Assembly (NCBI GenBank): GCA_902799285.1
Contig: CADCAA010000003.1
Span: 38,215-102,214, forward strand
Origin: an uncultured Pseudomonadota bacterium
Lineage (GTDB): Bacteria > Pseudomonadota > Alphaproteobacteria > Rs-D84
Reading direction: 5' to 3'
DNA: 64,000 nt
Below the pieces are notes generated by a model that saw nothing but the letters and a program-made list of their open reading frames with translations, did no database searches and was not told where the DNA came from. A program made the position numbers and the translations under genes. Shown piece after piece: positions 60,361 to 64,000 of this stretch (the first letter of the stretch is position 1; each line of letters starts with the position of its first letter).

Positions 60361-61899
60361 TTATTTTGAAACCTCAACAATTTCGGCACCTTCGAATAAT
60401 CCCATAGCGCTTGCCATCATTGGGTCGGCCGCCAATTCTTGCTGTTGATGTTCATGTGCGGTCGGCATATTGCACGAAGTTTCAGACCGCGCCAATACCC
60501 ACGAATGCCCGGTATATTTTTCCAACCAAGCCGATAATTTATTTGCAAATTCACGGTCGTTGCCACGATCAAAATAGTTTAATTTGCCGTCCGAAATTTC
60601 GCATACCTCGACATTTTCAGAAAAATAAGTATATAACAAAATCTGTTTATCGGCCTGCATCGCATGTCCCAACTCAGAAGCCGTATTTATTTTGTTTGCG
60701 GGTTTTGCTGTGGGTGCCTCAACCGGCTTTGCCTCGGGCTTTGATGCAACGGTGTTTTGATTGTTTTTCAATATTTCCGGTACAGACGGCATATCGGCAA
60801 TATGCATCATACGCACAACCAACATATCAAAACATTGCTTTTGATTTCCCGACATTTGCATTTCAGAAACCGCCGCAACCATAACCTGCCAAATACGGGA
60901 TAATACATTTAATGAAACGCGCGAATTTATTTTGCGTGTTTTTTCGCGTTGGTCAGCGGTATATGGTGAATTCAATCCGTCGCCAGCATTTATCGCCGGA
61001 TGCATACGTGTTGCCCAATGCGTCCATTCCATCATGTCGGTCAACAGCATAGATAAATCCGCGCCATTAGTATAAATCGTGTCCGCCATTTCCAAAGCCC
61101 GCGCCGTGTCGCCGGATAATATGGTATCCATAAAATCGACAACCATATTGCGGTCCGCGCGTTTTAACATATCCATCACGGCCTGTTCATCAACGTGACC
61201 ACCGGTTTGAGCAATCGCCTGGTCCAACAAAGACAACCCATCACGCACAGAACCATCCGCCGCGCGCGCCAATAATTCGTTTGCGGCATCTGTCAACTCG
61301 ACTTTCTCTTGACCGGCAATCCAATCAAAATGTTTTTTCAATGTTTCAATAGGAACACGCACCAAATCAAATCGCTGGCACCGTGATAAAATTGTCACAG
61401 GCACTTTTCTAATTTCGGTCGTTGCCAAAATAAAAATAACATGTGCGGGTGGTTCCTCTAATGTTTTAAGCAACGCGTTAAAAGCCGCGGTTGATAACAT
61501 ATGAACTTCGTCGATGATGTAAACCTTGTACCGGCCATTGGTTGGGCGATATTGTGCGGCATCCAAAATATCACGAATATTATCAACACCAGTATGAGAC
61601 GCCGCGTCGATTTCCATAACGTCAATATGTTGTCCCGCCGCAATAGCGCGACAGTTTTCACATACACCACATGGTGTTGCGGTCGGACCATCGGACGATA
61701 AACAGTTTAATGCCTTGGCCAAAATACGCGCGGTACTGGTTTTGCCGGTCCCACGAATTCCGGTAAAAATATAGGCGTGTGCAATACGACCGGTTTGTAT
61801 AGCTGTTGTTAACGTTTTAACCAAAACATCCTGGCCAATCAGCGATTGAAAATCTTGGCTGCGATATTTACGTGCAAGTACAGTGTAATTGTTATCCAT
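60361..61899 (-). CDS. dnaX: DNA polymerase III subunit gamma/tau
   Basis: AAA+ motif GIRGTGKTS, the zinc module CGVCENC, and DEVHML. Confidence 0.9.
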   Translation of the reverse strand: MDNNYTVLARKYRSQDFQSLIGQDVLVKTLTTAIQTGRIAHAYIFTGIRGTGKTSTARILAKALNCLSSDGPTATPCGVCENCRAIAAGQHIDVMEIDAASHTGVDNIRDILDAAQYRPTNGRYKVYIIDEVHMLSTAAFNALLKTLEEPPAHVIFILATTEIRKVPVTILSRCQRFDLVRVPIETLKKHFDWIAGQEKVELTDAANELLARAADGSVRDGLSLLDQAIAQTGGHVDEQAVMDMLKRADRNMVVDFMDTILSGDTARALEMADTIYTNGADLSMLLTDMMEWTHWATRMHPAINAGDGLNSPYTADQREKTRKINSRVSLNVLSRIWQVMVAAVSEMQMSGNQKQCFDMLVVRMMHIADMPSVPEILKNNQNTVASKPEAKPVEAPTAKPANKINTASELGHAMQADKQILLYTYFSENVEVCEISDGKLNYFDRGNDREFANKLSAWLEKYTGHSWVLARSETSCNMPTAHEHQQQELAADPMMASAMGLFEGAEIVEVSK

Positions 61900-61968
61900 A
61901 ATAATACTTTCCTTGTGGCAAAGAATACCAAAGAAAAGTAAAATTTCAACAACAAAGTAAAATAGTTT

Positions 61969-62304
61969 TTAATTCAAATTTGTAATGAAATCAGGAAATG
62001 GAATTTCTTCTTCGGAATCCTGTTTTGCATCGGCATCCGTACCGGCTTTTTCTTGCGCGGCAACCTCAGCCTCGGCCGCAGCGACCGCCGCCGCTTTTTC
62101 CTTGCTGTCGCGAATTGAATCGATTTTTTCCTGTTCAGCATTTGTCATACGAACACAATGTTCGGCGGCCTGCAGCAAGCGTTCACGTTCGATTTCGTCC
62201 GAAACCGTGCGCGCCTGGTCGATTAATTGTTTGCGACGAACACGCCATTTATGACAACGTTGAATCATCAACCCCACAGAAGACTGATTTTTTTTATTTT
62301 GCAT
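61969..62304 (-). CDS. Hypothetical protein (coiled-coil, Ala/Glu-rich)
   Basis: 111-aa ORF with no family recognised. Confidence 0.4.
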   Translation of the reverse strand: MQNKKNQSSVGLMIQRCHKWRVRRKQLIDQARTVSDEIERERLLQAAEHCVRMTNAEQEKIDSIRDSKEKAAAVAAAEAEVAAQEKAGTDADAKQDSEEEIPFPDFITNLN

Positions 62305-62468
62305 TTTCTTTCTTTTATAATTTTTATTTGGAATACCACGGTTGATATAATTAAATTATCAAAATCAACCAACAACTGGCTATAATATAAATCATCTTAA
62401 AACTGATTGCAATATCTTTTTTCTGTTGCTAACCTAAACACATATATATATCACAGAGAGGATGTTTT

Positions 62469-63827
62469 TTGCGAACAGAACGCGGTAATTTTTTATTACA
62501 GGCATTATTAGCATTGTCGTTGCTGTTCTTTTTTATGCCTATTTTAACCAATCGTTTAATTACAAATGATGTGGATGCCAAAATGTATTCGTCTGTGCAT
62601 CAAATTGATGCGGCGGAAACCGCGGCGCGTATATTTATTCGTGAAAATGTGGATTCGATTGCGTATGGCAAAACAACGATTCGTGGAAATGATTTTTCAG
62701 ATTTGCTGGAACCATATGGTTTGCCATTGGGCTATATTCCGCGTACCGCATTTGGCCAGGATATATACCTGGTTATCAACAAGGATGATTCCAGTATTGG
62801 TGGCGAATTGATTGTCAATGGTGGCCAAATCACAAATATTCAAATTGCCGAAATGGTTCGCAGAATTGGTTTTTATGCAGCACAAACAGATAATGGGCTG
62901 GTTGTTGGTGTGCCATTAAATACATTATACCAGGATGTTGTCCGTCGTAACGAACCCGATATAAATAATTCTGTGTTTTTAACCGATTTAGATATGAATG
63001 ATTTTTCAATTGAAAATACAAACAGGGTGCTGGGGCATAATCTGGTTGCGGACACGGCGAATTTTGATACGTTGGATATTACCGGAAACGAAGTTGAACG
63101 TAATTCCAAAAATAAAATCAAGGTTTTGAATTCTGATAAAAGTATTTTCCAATCTAAATCCGGGGGGTCGGCATTGGCGTTGACGCGTGGCGCATTAAAA
63201 GCAAAAAGTGTTTTTGGAAAAACAATTTCTGAATATGGTTCGGCCGGAAATTTTGAATCAGAATCTGCGTCGGTTTATTCATTTGATATGACTGCGGGGC
63301 GAACTGGCTTTACCGGGCCGGTCAAATGGGATATTCGTGGTAATATGGAAACTGAACGCATAACATTGGGTGTCGAAAGGCTTGAGGTTGGCGCATACCT
63401 GAATGTCAGCAGTGGCCAAGATGTGTACGTCAGTGGCACAAATTCAATATCATATAATTCCAACAGTGGTATTTCTGTGAATAATATAACGGCATCGCAT
63501 ATAACCCTGCGCGACCAAACATCGCGGGCGTTAAACGCGGGTGAAAATGGTGCGGTCATTGTTGATATTCGCCCGGCCAGTACGACAACATTGCCGGATA
63601 TAAATGTATCCGGATTAAATAACGATGGATATGCAATTTTGCAAAATCCAAAAAAAGATGACGACAAAACAACAACGTGTCGCGATATCATATCGTCTTT
63701 GGGTGAAACATACAGTTCGTCGTCGTTGGCGCAACATATATTGTGCGAATACCTGTTTTGGGAACGATTGGAACAAAGAATAAATGCAAAACAATGTTTA
63801 ATGGCTGGAAAAAGTGACTGTATATAA
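62469..63827 (+). CDS. Large prepilin-like protein (TadG/GspK-like minor pilin candidate)
   Basis: TTG start with a GAGAGG ribosome-binding site. MRTERG|NFLLQALLALSLLFFF has a TadE-like ERG motif and a hydrophobic helix. 452 aa with four C-terminal Cys. Confidence 0.45.
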   Translation: MRTERGNFLLQALLALSLLFFFMPILTNRLITNDVDAKMYSSVHQIDAAETAARIFIRENVDSIAYGKTTIRGNDFSDLLEPYGLPLGYIPRTAFGQDIYLVINKDDSSIGGELIVNGGQITNIQIAEMVRRIGFYAAQTDNGLVVGVPLNTLYQDVVRRNEPDINNSVFLTDLDMNDFSIENTNRVLGHNLVADTANFDTLDITGNEVERNSKNKIKVLNSDKSIFQSKSGGSALALTRGALKAKSVFGKTISEYGSAGNFESESASVYSFDMTAGRTGFTGPVKWDIRGNMETERITLGVERLEVGAYLNVSSGQDVYVSGTNSISYNSNSGISVNNITASHITLRDQTSRALNAGENGAVIVDIRPASTTTLPDINVSGLNNDGYAILQNPKKDDDKTTTCRDIISSLGETYSSSSLAQHILCEYLFWERLEQRINAKQCLMAGKSDCI

Positions 63828-64000
63828 AACGAAAATTTTTGATAACGCATCACGTGGTGCGTCGTTGTTAGAGGTAGTGCTGGCAATATCAATTGCGGCG
63901 GTGGCGGCCCCGTTTATGTATAAACAAATCGAAAACACATACAGCGATATTGAAAATATATCTGTGGCACAAAAAATTCTGGATGTTGAAAACGATGCAT
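63814..64000 (+). CDS. Prepilin-like protein (partial, continues beyond the right edge)
   Basis: ...SRG|ASLLEVVLAISIAAVAAPF is paralogous to the N-terminus of the 59873-60331 product. Probable GTG start overlapping the previous stop. Confidence 0.4.
   Translation, partial: MTVYKTKIFDNASRGASLLEVVLAISIAAVAAPFMYKQIENTYSDIENISVAQKILDVENDA

Overview
The window looks like an AT-rich alphaproteobacterial chromosome, plausibly an intracellular Rickettsiales- or Holosporales-like organism. This is inferred from a type-2 IleRS, an alpha-type SspB, an lptG-lptD-surA-like cluster, a lone virD4 and about 39% GC. It is a dense housekeeping region. Recognisable genes, in order: ileS (partial), tRNA-Thr, mnmG, fabG, fabD, queH, metG, two tRNA-Val, rlmN, a surA-like gene, lptD, lptG, nusA, infB, sspB, recF, tRNA-Cys, a TolC-MacA-MacB efflux operon, a Ca/Na antiporter, gpsA, rsmG, parA, parB, pal, infC, ybaB, pnp, der, virD4, rsmE, rsuA, rpsO, truB, mutS, xseB, cysS, mreB, rnpA, yidD, accB, accC, an Skp-like gene, an ompA-like gene and dnaX. 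The points most worth a second look are listed next. (1) nusA is not intact: a 37-bp tandem duplication causes a frameshift, and a perfect 100-bp direct repeat of the gene's own 5' region sits where the KH1 domain should be. (2) rsuA carries an in-frame TAG at the conserved catalytic-region Tyr. (3) Three paralogous pilin/TadE-like genes lie at the right end of the window, and the cluster runs off the edge. (4) An orphan virD4 coupling-protein gene appears co-transcribed with two lipoprotein genes. (5) Several families of short intergenic repeats occur: TGAACTT-type heptamer tracts at seven or more loci (one inside metG), a 45-nt element present twice, a 198-bp higher-order tandem array upstream of pnp, and two pairs of hairpin-containing direct repeats. 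(6) Tandem paralogous genes of unknown function and an unknown gene are inserted into the fabD-fabG operon. No CRISPR array, transposase or obvious defence island was seen.
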